Shown in pieces: positions 1 to 14,029 of a stretch of DNA of 64,000 bases. Origin of the DNA: Hormiphora californensis (Eukaryota > Animalia > Ctenophora); the NCBI GenBank assembly GCA_020137815.1, contig CM035359.1, forward strand, positions 5,208,001 to 5,272,000. The letters run 5' to 3'. Each line of letters opens with the position of its first letter. Position 1 is the first letter of the stretch. The translations under genes were made by a program, and so were the position numbers. Below the pieces are notes generated by a model, which saw only the letters and a list, made by a program, of their open reading frames with translations, had not been told where the DNA came from and made no database searches.

Positions 1-1691
1 AGAGTAACACTAGGGTAACACTAGGGTAACACTAGAGTAACACTAGGGTAACACTAGGGTAACACTAGGGCAACACTAGGGTAACATTAGGGTAACACTA
101 GGGTAACACTTGGGTAACACTAGGGTAACACTAGGGTAACACTAGGGTAACACTAGGGTATCACTAGGGTAACACTAGGGTAACACTAGGGTAACACTAG
201 GGTAACACTAGGGTAACACTAGGGTAACACTAGGGTAACACTAGAGTAACACTAGGGTAACACTAGAGTAGCACTAGGGTAACACCAGGGTAACACTTGG
301 GTATTGGGTAACACTAGAGTAACACTAGGGCAACACTAGGGTAACACTAGGGTAACACTAGGGTAACACTAGAGTAACACTAGGGTAACACTAGGGTAAC
401 ACTAGGGTAACACTAGAGTAACACTTGGGTAACACTAGGGTAACACTTGGGTAACACTAGGCTAACACTTGGGTAACACTAGGGTAACACTTGGGTAACA
501 CTAGGGTAACACTTGGGTAACACTAGGCTAACACTTGGGTAACACTTTGGTAACACTAGGGTAACACTTGGGTAACACTAGGGTAACACTAGGGTGACAC
601 TAGAGTAACACTAGGGTAACACTAGGGTAACACTAGGGTAACACTAGGGCAACACTAGGGTACCACTAGAGTAACACTAGGGTAACACTAGGGTAACACT
701 AGGGTAATACTAGGGTAATACTAGGGTAACACTAGGGTAATATTAGGGTAACACTGGGGTAACACTAGGGTAACACTAGGGTAACACTAGGGTAACACTA
801 GAGTAACACTAGGGTAACACTTGGGTAACACTAGGGTAATACTAGGGTAACATTAGGGTAACACTAGGGTAACATTAGGGTAACACTAGGGTAACACTTG
901 TTTTGTGGCGCGGGGAGGGAGGGTCGAACAAGGCAAGGTAACACTAGGGTAACACTAGGGTAACACTAGGCTAACACTAGGGTAACACTAGGGTAACACT
1001 AGGGCAACACTAGGGTAACACTAGGGTAACACAAGGGTAACGCTAGAGTAACACTAGGGTAACACTAGGGTAACACTAGAGTAACACTAGGGTAACACTA
1101 GGGTAACACTAGGGCAACACTAGGGTAACATTAGGGTAACACTAGGGTAACACTTGGGTAACACTAGGGTAACACTAGGGTAACACTTGGGTAACACTAG
1201 GGTACCACTAGGATAACACTAGGGTAACACTAGAGTAACACTAGGGTAACACTAGGGTAACACTAGGGTAACACTAGAGTAGCACTAGGGTAACACTAGT
1301 GACTAGGGTAAAACTAGGGTAATGCTAGGGTAACACTAGGGTAACAATATAGGGTAACACTAGGGTAACACTAGGGTAACACTAGGGTGACACTAGAGTA
1401 ACACTAGGGTAACACTAGGGTAACACTAGGGTGACACTAGAGTAACACTAGAGTAACACTAGGGTAACACTAGAGTAACACTAGGGTAACACTAGGGTAA
1501 CACTAGGGTAACACCAGGGTAACACTTGGGTATTGGGTAACACTAGAGTAACACTAGGGCAACACTAGGGTAACACTAGGGTAACACTAGGGTAACACTA
1601 GGGTAACACTAGGGTAACACTAGGGTAACACTAGGGTAACACTAGAGTAACACTAGGGTAACACTAGGGTAACACTAGGATAACACTAGGG
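1..1691. repeat. 11-bp tandem satellite (TAGGGTAACAC)n, ~150 units, intronic in CFAP70
   Basis: Directly visible periodicity, with variants (TAGAGTAACAC, TTGGGTAACAC, TAGGGCAACAC). Interrupted at ~899-936 by a short foreign segment ending GGGTCGAACAAGGCAAG, a motif also seen at ~46523 and inverted at ~41454. Confidence 0.97.
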
Positions 1692-1816
1692 CATTAGATT
1701 TACAATGGCAAGGTAAGCCAGATAAGATAATAGGAGGCTGGATCCTTGATGTGGTATACCAATAATCCAATATTGAAAAGTGAAATGTTTCAAACTGAAT
1801 GACGAATGTCCCCTAG

Positions 1817-3676
1817 GTGCTGAGATGGCCTTCATTGAAGCTAATAAACACTACAAAGAGGAGGGCAGCTCGATCTTCCTTGCCAGCGGAGATAAACTTC
1901 TCAGTCTTCACGCATACAGTTTGGTGAGTAATATTGATGAGAATTAACAAGAAAAGCGTGACACATCACTAGTATGTAAAATTGTCGATTTCTAAACCCC
2001 TATGCCTTTTCGCAAAAAGGCGGGGGAATAATAATTGATAATAATTGTTGAGAATAATTGATAATTGTGATATTTACTTTTCTTCAGGTTGAAAGTGCGT
2101 TATCCCATGAGTTATTGTCCTCCCCCAAGACCTTGTCCCAAGAGTACTACTTGCTGTTGGGAAAACTCCACATGGCCACAGGTACTGACTGGTAAAAACA
2201 AAAATCCTCCCCCCCCCCCCCGTTAAACACTGTGCCAGGTTTCATGCAGCTTTTGGCCCCCTCCCACAGGGCACAGGTGTGAGGGGCCGGTACAGAGGGG
2301 CGCGACGTGCTTGAAATGTCATTATTTCTTGTTCTTTGACCTGCTCTGTATGGCGCTGAGATGGGGTCGCGGCGCCAGACAGGCCCTGCTAGACCCTCTC
2401 TCACAAACAATACAATACCCCACTAGGTGAACTAGTCGAGGCGGAGAGCTATGTGAGACAAGCTACTGTACTGAACCACACCAACCCCGCAGCCTGGGCA
2501 CTTCTTGGTCACATTCTGTATCTGGGTGAGTTTGAAATGTTACCAGTCTGTCGGCTCTCACACCTCGAACGACAGACTGTGCAGCATGACAAGAGTTAGT
2601 AGGGTCATATGATCTGAGTATAACCGTCGGTTAAAATAGATGTCAGATGAGGTGATAGGTCGGTTATTAACCGACCTATCACCTCATCTATTTTAATAAT
2701 ATTTCGTTTAGGAATTGTCGTGAAATGGGTTGAAGCCTTAATTTTCGTTAAACATTCATCTGACATCTCTAATTATTTAATTGTTTACACCCATGTAGGT
2801 AATGAGATGACAGGGGCCAGAGACCACTACGAGAGAACCCTCTCCTACCAAGAACCAGCACCGGACACACACTCCATCCGACTCAGACTCGCATCCATAT
2901 ACCTCCAGCTCCAGCAATATGGCGCTGCTAAAAACATGTTCCTCCTGGCATGTAGAGATTCTCCCTCCTGTATAACATGGCTAGGTGAGATTTCTAATTG
3001 TGACGTATATGTTTGAGTGTCATATGTTTGAAACAAGTGGGTTCCAAACGCCTCTCTCAGAAGAAGAAGTGGGTGGTTTCCATGGGCATTATATGCGGGC
3101 ATGAGTTTAGCATAATAGGGGTGACTTGATGCATGATTGATATTGTACCCTCCCTTTTTTATTGGGATTTGGGCCACCCGGTATATTTATATTCGTGGAT
3201 CACACAACGTCACAACGAGTCGAAAGCCCCTTTAAGTATGTTAATAGCATATATTTTAAATGTTCTTCATTGCTCATAGTTCACACTTCCTCTTTACATT
3301 TTAGGTGTTGGAATCTCCTGTTACCGGCTGGGAGAACTAAAGGAGTCTGAACAGGCCTTAGCAGAGGCGAATATTCTGAACAACACAGATCCTGAGGTGT
3401 GGGGTTATCTTTCCATGGTCTGCCTCAAAACTGCAAGGTATTAATTGACGCAATTGATAATTACGCCATACTAAATCTCACCACCAGTTTGTGCACTAGA
3501 AAAGAGGGCCAGATCGACCCATATTTCCACTCTAATTGCCAATTCCTCATTCCAGGAAGCTGGAAGCAGAACAATCCTACAAGTACGCGGTGAGAGTTGG
3601 CCTCAAGGATGACGAGCTGCTATCTGAGATCAGGAATACCCAGAGAGAAGTTGGATTCGGGGATGCTGGATTCTAA
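1817..3676 (+). CDS. CFAP70: 3' part of CFAP70/TTC18 (TPR ciliary protein); exons 1817-1923, 2088-2181, 2427-2525, 2799-2984, 3305-3437, 3556-3676
   Basis: GT-AG exons join in frame to ...[10 protein letters not shown]...[23 protein letters not shown]...[31 protein letters not shown]...[96 protein letters not shown]. This matches the CFAP70 C-terminal TPR region as I recall it. The 5' exons lie upstream of the window. Confidence 0.9.
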
Positions 3677-4264
3677 ATGTATCTTCAGATCAGACAATCA
3701 GAGTGTTTTTTAATGAACAAAGAGAGAGGTTAGAGTGGCTGGGGCCTGTTTGTAAAATGTAAACGAAGGTATAACAGCTGGGTGTAGCACTAAAAGCAAC
3801 GCCAACTCATCATATCAGGACTCAGAACAAAACTGAAAACAAGGGCGCTGGCAAGGCATTGTATCTGAATGTTGTTATTAAAACTGAATTTGTATCATAC
3901 GTGTAAATATACAGGATATACAGGATTGATGACCCCAAGTATTTGTTTGACATTTTTTTTTATAAATGGCATATATCATGCAATAACAAAATGAAAACAT
4001 TACACGCGTGAATATATTTTTTGCGCCGTATTGATGCGCCGCGCATCGAAGTGAAATTTGTTGCGCGGCGTAAAATTTCAACCGCGTTTTTAAGATGCAG
4101 TTTTTCAGTCCGGACTTTTTTATTGCGTGAGGTTTTTTTGAAAAGCGCTGCCTCATCCCTATGGCCTATCGGGGGCCAGCGGCGTTTGCCAAGAGTTTTT
4201 TAATACGGTGAGGTGTACTGCAGGGTAGGCCAACACGTTTTTTGATCACTTTGTGATTTCACTC

Positions 4265-4572
4265 AGTGGTGGTCCGTCATAAAGCAAAGCAAGGCGACTA
4301 GGACAAATCCAATGTCGGGGTGCTGATATCCCTTTCTATGGCGTTTCAGCCACGGTTCTTTCTGTACAGATTTCTCTGCAGCATAGCCGGGTGCCACCCC
4401 ACTGCAAAAACAATTACATTGTGTTCTAGTGTATGCACTCGTGTCACTTTCGGGTCTCTCAAGAAAGCCCCTACCAATCATAGCTTGGTGGACTAGACGA
4501 CATGCACTAGACCAGGATAGAACCTGGGACCTAGTGCGTGAGAGTTGAGTGTACTAGCCACTACACCACCCC
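4265..4572 (-). mobile_element. Probable tRNA-derived SINE
   Basis: Minus strand begins GGGGTGGTGTAGTGGCTAGTACACTC...CCCAGGTTCTATCCTGG (pol III A-box and B-box-like motifs at tRNA-like spacing), followed by a non-tRNA body. No full cloverleaf; the 3' boundary is approximate. Confidence 0.5.
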
Positions 4573-6381
4573 ACGCTGTACGGGCGGCCAATACAACGAA
4601 GTACCACTGTTATAGCCATTTGTAATGTGCACTTTGATACATATACATTTCAGATTCAAGTAGATCTTTTGGGGTGAGACCCTCCTTCGGCCCGGCGCGA
4701 AGAGGAGGGTCTTATATGAGACAAAAGATCCCGGTGTCGGATTTAAATTTGATGGACATTTAAAAAACATTCAAATATCACCAAGCCCCCACTTGTAGTT
4801 GCATTGTATGGAAGTCCAACGCCGTATTGCGACTGGATTGCGGCGTGACGTGCATGCGACATGCATTTGGGCAATTTAGAGCAAAAAGTTTTGATTTTTG
4901 TGCCGCATCTAATCGTCCGAAAAAAAAAAATGACAATTTTTGATCAGTAACAATTTCTTTCCATTTCTTCACCTTTCGCCAAAAAACGTGTGCCACAATG
5001 TAATATAGTTGAATTTTTTAATCAAGGGACAGGGGGCCGCGCATTTACAAAAGTCTTTTTGTGCGTGCTAAACGTTTTCGCTCATATCTCCTGTTCCTGA
5101 TAAGATAAAGACATGGTCTTGGTTGCGTTGAAAAGGTCTTAAAATTATCTTTCCAACGCTTCCGGGTTCAAGTCTTAAGATTGACAGGAACTTGATCTCG
5201 ATTATCACGCGCAAATACAAAGCCGCGCGACCCCTCTGAATGCGCGGCCCCCTGTCCCTTGATTAAAAAATTCGACTTTATGCACTTGGGAACACATTCT
5301 TCGGGTATCGGAAGTCGCCTTACTTTTGATTTGTTATGGTTGCCTTTTTTTATCCCTGGCTGCTGAAGGTCTCATACTGTATTAGTGCATTACTGCAAAG
5401 CGTCTGCAGACTTTGATAAAGGATTTTCACCGCCGAGTGTGTGTGCAACGTGTCATTGTTGACAAATATGTTTTTAACTAAATCTCTCTCTCTCTCCCCC
5501 TGCAGTAACTCTCTCTAACTCTCTTTCCCTTCCCCATTATCCCTTAACAAGTTTTCTCGGTGACATTTCATCACATCATGTTGTAGCAACCAATCGAATT
5601 CGTTGATTCTTGGCTCTACTTATTATTATTCAGAACTGTACAATGCATTATATGGTGCCCTTTCCAATTAATGCTTAGAGTTGTTCTTCAGTGCAGTAGT
5701 AAACTGGCTGATTTATTGAAGTTGTCACTCCAAACCCATGCGTGTGTGATATTTATCATCTAACATCTTATGACTTGTGCAACACAACTTGCAAATCGAG
5801 AAGTGGGGTGATAACTTCAAAATCTGAATGCGATGTTTTGTATGTTTCAATTTGAACAAAACTGGTAGAATTACGTCAACTCAACCATCTCTCTCAACCA
5901 TATATTCGATATTTTGTATGTTTCAATCAATTTGATCGAAATATGTCACCTCAACCATCTCTTGTAGTATCTGGGATCTAATCAAATTGATATTTCGTCA
6001 GCGATGAATGCAAGCTTTTTATATTGTCAAAATTCAATGCGATTTTGTTTTATTTCTATTATTTACAAATGATGCCATTACTCATGAGTTTTGACCTTTC
6101 TTGCCTTGTTTGACCCCCCTCTCTCTCTCTCGCTATGTGTCCCGCGAAGGCGAGGGACAATTTAGTAAATGATGTTAAAACAAGGTACATTTCCTCACAC
6201 AGTCCGCCACCCAGGATGAAAAAGATCAAGAATTTAGGAAGTACCCAAAAAGCCGGTCAAGTTAACTTTGAAGCAGATAAAGAGCTAGTTGCAACTACTG
6301 GCGCTACTTTTTGTGTCAAGGTAGATATAATTAACTTACTTCTCCCTTTCTTTCTCCTCTTCGTGTCTTCCCTAAATATTA

Positions 6382-6538
6382 CAGTCGGACCCCGATTTAG
6401 GGACACCCTCGGGGGAAAGGCTCTTGTCCACTAAATCGGGGTGTCCACTAAATCGGGGTCAAATAAGGTTAAATTCTTATATCGGGGGGAAAAAATCCTG
6501 TCCCTAAATCGGGGTGCCACTAAATCGGGGTCCGACTG
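6382..6538. mobile_element. MITE, Tc1/mariner/pogo type (TIR CAGTCGGACCCCGATTTA, TA target duplication)
   Basis: TA|CAGTCGGACCCCGATTTAG...CTAAATCGGGGTCCGACTG|TA. Related copies at ~22350-22432 and ~32958-33407. Confidence 0.85.
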
Positions 6539-7711
6539 TATATTAAATGTGTGCTACATATTGTATTTTACTTTTACCCCGGTCGGGGTGCGAGTAGTTC
6601 AATATCAATTTTAAATGTTAAATACTTGCTAGAAACTATCACTTGTTTCTAGCAAGGTGTCACATATATTCATTCATTTTGGGGCCCAAACTAAATGAAT
6701 ATATACTTAGGGAGGGGGATGCTACCACAAGAATCTCAGCTACCCTAAAATGCGAAAATTAGGGTGATTTTCTTGTAGCAGCCCCTCCCCCCTTAAATCC
6801 CCAATTTTCTCCGTTTGTAACTATAGTGCCTTTTTGGTAATGGTAACCCTTCCCACTCCCCCCCCCCCCTTTTTGATTTAATGCGGGAAACTCATTACAT
6901 AACTACAGGGACTTGTCTGTTTGTCTGTTTTTTGACAGTTGCTCTAGTAGAAGTAAACCACCCTTTTCTATTCAAATAATTTTATAGCATTCCCTTCTTT
7001 TTTTACATCATTTGTTCCCATTGTAGTATAAATAAAAGGGGTAGGGTAGACAATGGGAGGTGTCTGTGACGTTGAGAAAACTTGTGATTTAGTAGATTGA
7101 GGCAACACTCTCAGATTACCATGCCTCTTCGGAGCTGAGAGAGATTGTGTAATCGCAGAGCTACTGCAGTTATACACCTAGTGATTCGGAGTGATTTCAT
7201 ATTGTGATAAAAAGTGCAGGGGGAGGAAGGGAAAGTAGAGTCGGTTTCGAGTACATGACATCACCCAGTGCAGTGTGTATTATACTTTCATGCACAGTGT
7301 GCAGTCTTGCATTAGATATGCATTCGACTTTCGAGCTGCTGTTATATTAAGATTAATCATTTCTAATCCCCCTATCTCTTTTCTATTCAGTATCTTGTTC
7401 TAACCCCCCATTCCTTTTCAGTATCTTGTTCTAACCCCCCCCATTCCTTTTCAGTATCTAGGATATAATGAGGTAAAAGAATCAAGGGGAGTTAAAGTGT
7501 GCTCTGCTGCTGTCCACAAGCTGGTGAAGGAAAAGAAAAATGTAAGTAGATTAATTAATATTACTAATTAATTTAGTAAACGCCCCACATATTTACACTT
7601 TCCCAGTAAATTCCATTTTCTTGACCTGGAACGCTACGAACCACTCTGTTTTGTGTTTGTAGTACATTATACTTGATTAATCTTACAGTCCTTTATTTAG
7701 AGGGTCTCTCT

Positions 7712-8114
<403 letters not shown>

Positions 8115-8968
8115 TTCTGGAAAGAGATGGACATCTCTCTATCCATCTATCTCTCTTTCCTTATACATCTCACTCTCTCCTTCTCTTTTCCTCTCTTTTC
8201 TCTATATATCTCTCCTCGTCACATAATTGGAGGGTCAAAGTCTCCCAGCATACACCGGGTATTACGTTATCCTACAATTCATATGACGTCATCATATGAC
8301 GTCATAGCACACAGTACCACACGCACACGCCCTTGCTGTTATGGTAACTACACATAACCGTTTTAACACGGACATGTGTCATGTACGTCAAGAATTATAT
8401 AAACAGCCAGCGAAGGAATATTTGTTACGAAGTCATCCCTATAGCACTGTTTCCGGGAGCTCGAAGGGTAATTTCATTACCAAGAAGGGAGGATATGATT
8501 ACATAACCAAAACCTAAAAGGGGTCCTATTCAGCACGCTGTTATGGAATGCAACTGTGTTATTACTTATTATAACAAGAAAATTGACAATAGAAAGATGT
8601 CCCAGTGAAAAAGTATAAAATTGCCTAAAATATTGCTCCTTACATCTTCCACAGGTTCCACTTCCCCTACTCTTTGTAATCTGTATATAATAGTATGGGT
8701 AAAAGTAAAAAACTGGTATAGTGGTACAGATGGGCGTTCCGTGCAGCTACAACGAATTTCTAGTTTGGTTCCCTGGGGCTGGCAGCATGTTCTCAAGATC
8801 TGCATGATCTACCTGCTGTGTGTATCAAGTGTGTAGTGAGTAGTGGGTGGGGAGAGACAATGGTCATGGAGGCTATACTGTGTCCATATATACAGCTGCT
8901 ATATATGGAGGCTATACTCCAATCCGACTGCAATAGGCCTGATTGAAATATGCTTGAGAGATGATATT

Positions 8969-9141
8969 ATACAATGAAATAGTGTTTATTTAGGACTGAA
9001 GACGACTCGGAGATTTATTTCAGGAAAGATAATACGGGACGGTTTCGACGTTTAACGTCATCATCAGCTCAAATTAATTTGTTTAAAGTAGTGTTGAAAA
9101 GTTTGAAACTTCAGTCCTAAATAAACACTATTTCATTGTAT
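8969..9141. mobile_element. Penelope-like remnant: 33-bp inverted repeat enclosing a hammerhead-core-like motif
   Basis: ATACAATGAAATAGTGTTTATTTAGGACTGAAG (8969-9001) is inverted at 9109-9141. Minus strand 9067-9038 reads CTGATGA-TGACGTTAAACGTC-GAAAC-CGTC. Confidence 0.4.
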
Positions 9142-9459
9142 CAAAACTATGCGACTCAAAAACAGCCGATTGGTCAACTTATTGATTCAGATGATATTAT
9201 CTCTCTTCATCACTCACTCTCTTTCACTCCATCTTATATCTAGGTATTTCTCTCCATATACAATGGCTGTCTGCCCAACCTCTTTCATTTCTTTATCTCT
9301 TGATTGGGGCGTACACTTGACGACAAAAGCCCATCTAGCTATTATAGCACTGGTTTGATTATCTATATCTTCATCGAATCATAAATATTAGGACATTATA
9401 CATATCTGATACCTCTATTCTATCTCTTCAATCACTAAAATCATAATACCGTGCACGTA

Positions 9460-10567
9460 CCGCGCGGCCCAAAAAAAACTAAGGGTGCGTTGGCCTTCTT
9501 TTCTCCCAGAATTTTAATTTCGATCACTCTGATATTTTGTCACAATATTTGTATGGTTACTCATTCGAGGAATCCGGAGTTTCAAAACATAAAAGTGTGA
9601 AGTTCATGAATGAACCCATTTTTTCGTTTTTCGGGTTTTTCCACGTTTTCTCATGGTTAAATTAAATTTTATTCTTAAAAATAGCAACCATGCATTAGAG
9701 TAAACTATAATAAATGGCAATCCGAGTTTTTATTAAAAATGGATCAAGTTTAGTTGGTGAAATAAATGATTAAAAAACGGTCATTTTTACCAAACATCGA
9801 TTTTAACCCGTTTTGACAAGAAATTGGTAAATTCAGGCGCTAAAAATTCGTACGGCCATTACACTTGATCGATATTGATGTTAGCCAGAATTTCGGCTCT
9901 CTATCTAAAAATTCATTTTTACGACTGGAATGAATCCTAAATGAACTTGAAAACAAGAAAACTATTCCAAACCGGAATTTCACAATCGCCTTTGGGTAAC
10001 GATTTCCTTTCAAACGCGACTAATTTTAGCTCAATCGGACCACCACAAGAGACACAGTGGCTACTTTTCCGACACTAGGTCTGGTCAAGTGACCCCTATT
10101 GAACCGCTAGCATCATTAATAAGTGCCAATAAGCAGGTGTAACGGTCGCGTATCACGTATCACATCTGCTAATTAGGACGGTATACCGATACATCGTCCG
10201 TTAGAATGTAAGTTCTCTTCCAAACACGTCATAATTTGATGGGGATCACATGACCCAACCTAGGCTTGGTAAACTGGACACTGTGATTCTTGTGGTGATC
10301 CAATTAAGCTGAAACTGGTCGCGTTCGAAAGAAAATCGATAGCCAAACAAATTTGTAAAACTTTGGTAACAAAATATGGTCCCGTTTTGGCGTTCATTGA
10401 ATGTTCATTCGGGCGAAAAAAATGAATTTTCATCCAGAGGGCTGAAACTTCGGATTCCTCGAATGAGTAACCATGCAGACACTGTGTCAAAATATCAGAG
10501 TGATTGAAATTAAACTTCTGGGTGAAAAGAAGGCCAACGTACCCTTAGTTTTTTTTGGGCCGCGCGG
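9460..10567. mobile_element. Non-autonomous Tc1/mariner-type element with ~125-bp imperfect TIRs and TA TSD
   Basis: TA|CCGCGCGGCCCAAAAAAAACTAAGGGT...ACCCTTAGTTTTTTTTGGGCCGCGCGG|TA; no transposase ORF. Confidence 0.88.
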
Positions 10568-12582
10568 TATATATGATATCCTGATTCCTCTCACTTTTGA
10601 ATCCTATAAATCGAGGTCCGACTGTATGCATTTTAATGTCAGGAACCACTTATAGAAACTTTTTTAACCAAATAAAAGTTTTTAAGTAAGGGGGGCTTAT
10701 ACCCCCACCCGAACTAAATTGGATGTGTCATGTCGCACCAATTCTGAAGTGTTTTAAGATTGGATGCAGCCGGGTAGCAGAAATGAGTATTACTATTTAA
10801 TGTAAAATGCATTCTGAATTATTCGAGATTCGCTGGAACAATCAAACAATAGCTCCTTTGATTTAATGCAGATAATCTTGAGATCAGACATTGACAGATA
10901 TAATATCTTGTCTCATTTCAACCGTCACACAAAATATGTGAATACTGTATATCCATCATATCAACTAGTGACATGACGAGCAGTGTTATATAACACTGCT
11001 ATAATGCGTCATAATAATATCTTACCAAAAAAAACTAAGGGTGCGTTGGCCTTCTTTTCTCCCAGAATTTTAATTTCGATCACTCTGATATTTTGTCACA
11101 ATATTTGTATGGTTACTCATTCGAGGAATCCGGAGTTTCAAAACATAAAAGTGTGAAGTTCATGAATGAACCCATTTTTTCGTTTTTCGGGTTTTTCCAC
11201 GTTTTCTCATGGTTAAATTAAATTTTATTCTTAAAAATAGCAACCATGCATTAGAGTAAACTATAATAAATGGCAATCCGAGTTTTTATTAAAAATGGAT
11301 CAAGTTTAGTTGGTGAAATAAATGATTAAAAAACGGTCATTTTTACCAAACATCGATTTTAACCCGTTTTGACAAGAAATTGGTAAATTCAGGCGCTAAA
11401 AATTCGTACGGCCATTACACTTGATCGATATTGATGTTAGCCAGAATTTCGGCTCTCTATCTAAAAATTCATTTTTACGACTGGAATGAATCCTAAATGA
11501 ACTTGAAAACAAGAAAACTATTCCAAACCGGAATTTCACAATCGCCTTTGGGTAACGATTTCCTTTCAAACGCGACTAATTTTAGCTCAATCGGACCACC
11601 ACAAGAGACACAGTGGCTACTTTTCCGACACTAGGTCTGGTCAAGTGACCCCTATTGAACCGCTAGCATCATTAATAAGTGCCAATAAGCAGGTGTAACG
11701 GTCGCGTATCACGTATCACATCTGCTAATTAGGACGGTATACCGATACATCGTCCGTTAGAATGTAAGTTCTCTTCCAAACACGTCATAATTTGATGGGG
11801 ATCACATGACCCAACCTAGGCTTGGTAAACTGGACACTGTGATTCTTGTGGTGATCCAATTAAGCTGAAACTGGTCGCGTTCGAAAGAAAATCGATAGCC
11901 AAACAAATTTGTAAAACTTTGGTAACAAAATATGGTCCCGTTTTGGCGTTCATTGAATGTTCATTCGGGCGAAAAAAATGAATTTTCATCCAGAGGGCTG
12001 AAACTTCGGATTCCTCGAATGAGTAACCATGCAGACACTGTGTCAAAATATCAGAGTGATTGAAATTAAACTTCTGGGTGAAAAGAAGGCCAACGTACCC
12101 TTAGTTTTTTTTGGGCCGCGCGGTATATATGATATCCTGATTCCTCTCACTTTTGAATCCTATAAATCGAGGTCCGACTGTATGCATTTTAATGTCAGGA
12201 ACCACTTATAGAAACTTTTTTAACCAAATAAAAGTTTTTAAGTAAGGGGGGCTTATACCCCCACCCGAACTAAATTGGATGTGTCATGTCGCACCAATTC
12301 TGAAGTGTTTTAAGATTGGATGCAGCCGGGTAGCAGAAATGAGTATTACTATTTAATGTAAAATGCATTCTGAATTATTCGAGATTCGCTGGAACAATCA
12401 AACAATAGCTCCTTTGATTTAATGCAGATAATCTTGAGATCAGACATTGACAGATATAATATCTTGTCTCATTTCAACCGTCACACAAAATATGTGAATA
12501 CTGTATATCCATCATATCAACTAGTGACATGACGAGCAGTGTTATATAACACTGCTATAATGCGTCATAATAATATCTTACC
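9469..12582. repeat. Near-identical 1556-bp direct tandem duplication (element plus ~460 bp of right flank)
   Basis: ORFs 10260/11816 and 10473/12029 are identical at offset 1556. The second copy lacks the first ~9 bp of the left TIR; junction ...ATATCTTACC|AAAAAAAACTAAGG. Confidence 0.93.
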
Positions 12583-12740
12583 GGATATTAACTGGCTTCA
12601 CTTGACTGTAAACTGTCTGATTTATCTTTTACCCGACATGGAGGGATAGTAGTTGAAACATCACCCCATTTATTTTGGCGCTATAAGTTATGGGGGATTC
12701 GTGTTCAGCTGAGGCATTATATTGCTTGGAGGCATTCCTG

Positions 12741-12842
12741 CAGGAACCGACCGGATTAAGTAAACAACCAATCAGAACTCGTTATTTAGGTCACGTGACT
12801 GGTTATCAGCCAATCAGGGACCAGTATTTCGTTCGGTTCCTG
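12741..12842. mobile_element. ~100-bp hAT-like MITE (TIR CAGGAACCGA, 8-bp TSD CATTCCTG/CATTACTG)
   Basis: TIRs and a near-perfect 8-bp flanking duplication are visible. The interior carries CCAATCAG-GTCACGTGAC-CCAATCAG. Confidence 0.75.
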
Positions 12843-14029
12843 CATTACTGTATGCTACGAATATTACCCTTCAGCTCTCCCACAAGTATCATTTTACAGC
12901 ACCAGTGCCAAAAAAATGGTTATCTAATGTAATGCGAAGCTACAATTTAATGAACTTCCCATCTTATCTCGCAGTCTTTCTGTCCCCTTTTTTTTGGTTA
13001 CCTTAGCAATAATGGAAAGTTTTTTCAGTCTCTCTGGCTGTAAAATTACCAGTCTCAATATTTTCTCCCGCTTTTTCCTGTATCTACATATAATATCGAA
13101 TATACTGTATAAACGATAAACTCACTATCACTCACTATGTATAGAGATAGAATGAGATTAAGACAGAATGAAAAAGGGAGCAAGTGAAAGAGGGAGGGAA
13201 ATAAAAAGATGTATGGGAAATGTGATACAATGGAATTAAGTACCCAAGTTGTGTAATGCCATATCAATTTCACACCTGTTGGTAATAAGATTTTGATATA
13301 AAACAGGGGAATGAAGGTTGAATTCCATCACTACAATGCTGTTATAATAAAAAACAGTTGTTGTAAGTCTTGAAACAGTTGTAGGTAGAACTATTTCTCT
13401 GAAAGAACACGCTATGCCACTATGATATGTAATGATGTAGAGATGATATGATGTAGAGATGACGTAACACGTGGATTTGTACATGATGACACCAACCTAC
13501 TCAAAGATCGTTTAACTCTAATTTCCGGTGTGTTCTTCTACATGTGCCACATAAGACATTGTACACATTGTGCACAAAGCAGAGAGAGGGAGAGAAAGGA
13601 TAGAACGGTAGAAGAGACGGGGAAGAGACAATTTAGACAGACAGAAAAACTACGTCTGTCTAATATGCCTGAAAACTGTACCTACGCTTGTCTTTCTTGT
13701 CCGCCCTTTCTCTTAACTTTCTCTCTACTTCGCATTCTCTTATAAGAACGTAAAACAATAAATTAATTCAAAGTGCCTTCTTCCTCGGATCTCATTCTCT
13801 AATTATACATTCTCTTATTATACATTCTGTTATAACCATACTCTCATAACCGGTTTAATAAAAACTATGTAGTAGCAAATTATATTGCACTAAAATAGAT
13901 CTCAACCACTTGAGCCACTCTCACATGTAATTGTGTAGTTTTATTGGTAATGAAATTACCCCTGCTCAACACGAGCTCTATACAGCGTAATAGGGGTGAC
14001 TTCGTAACCAAGTAGTTGTGCCCCTCCCT

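Noticed and set aside
1-1691. Telomere or CRISPR interpretation of the TAGGGTAACAC array
   Set aside because: The unit is 11 bp rather than TTAGGG, there are no spacers, and it lies just upstream of an internal CFAP70 exon.
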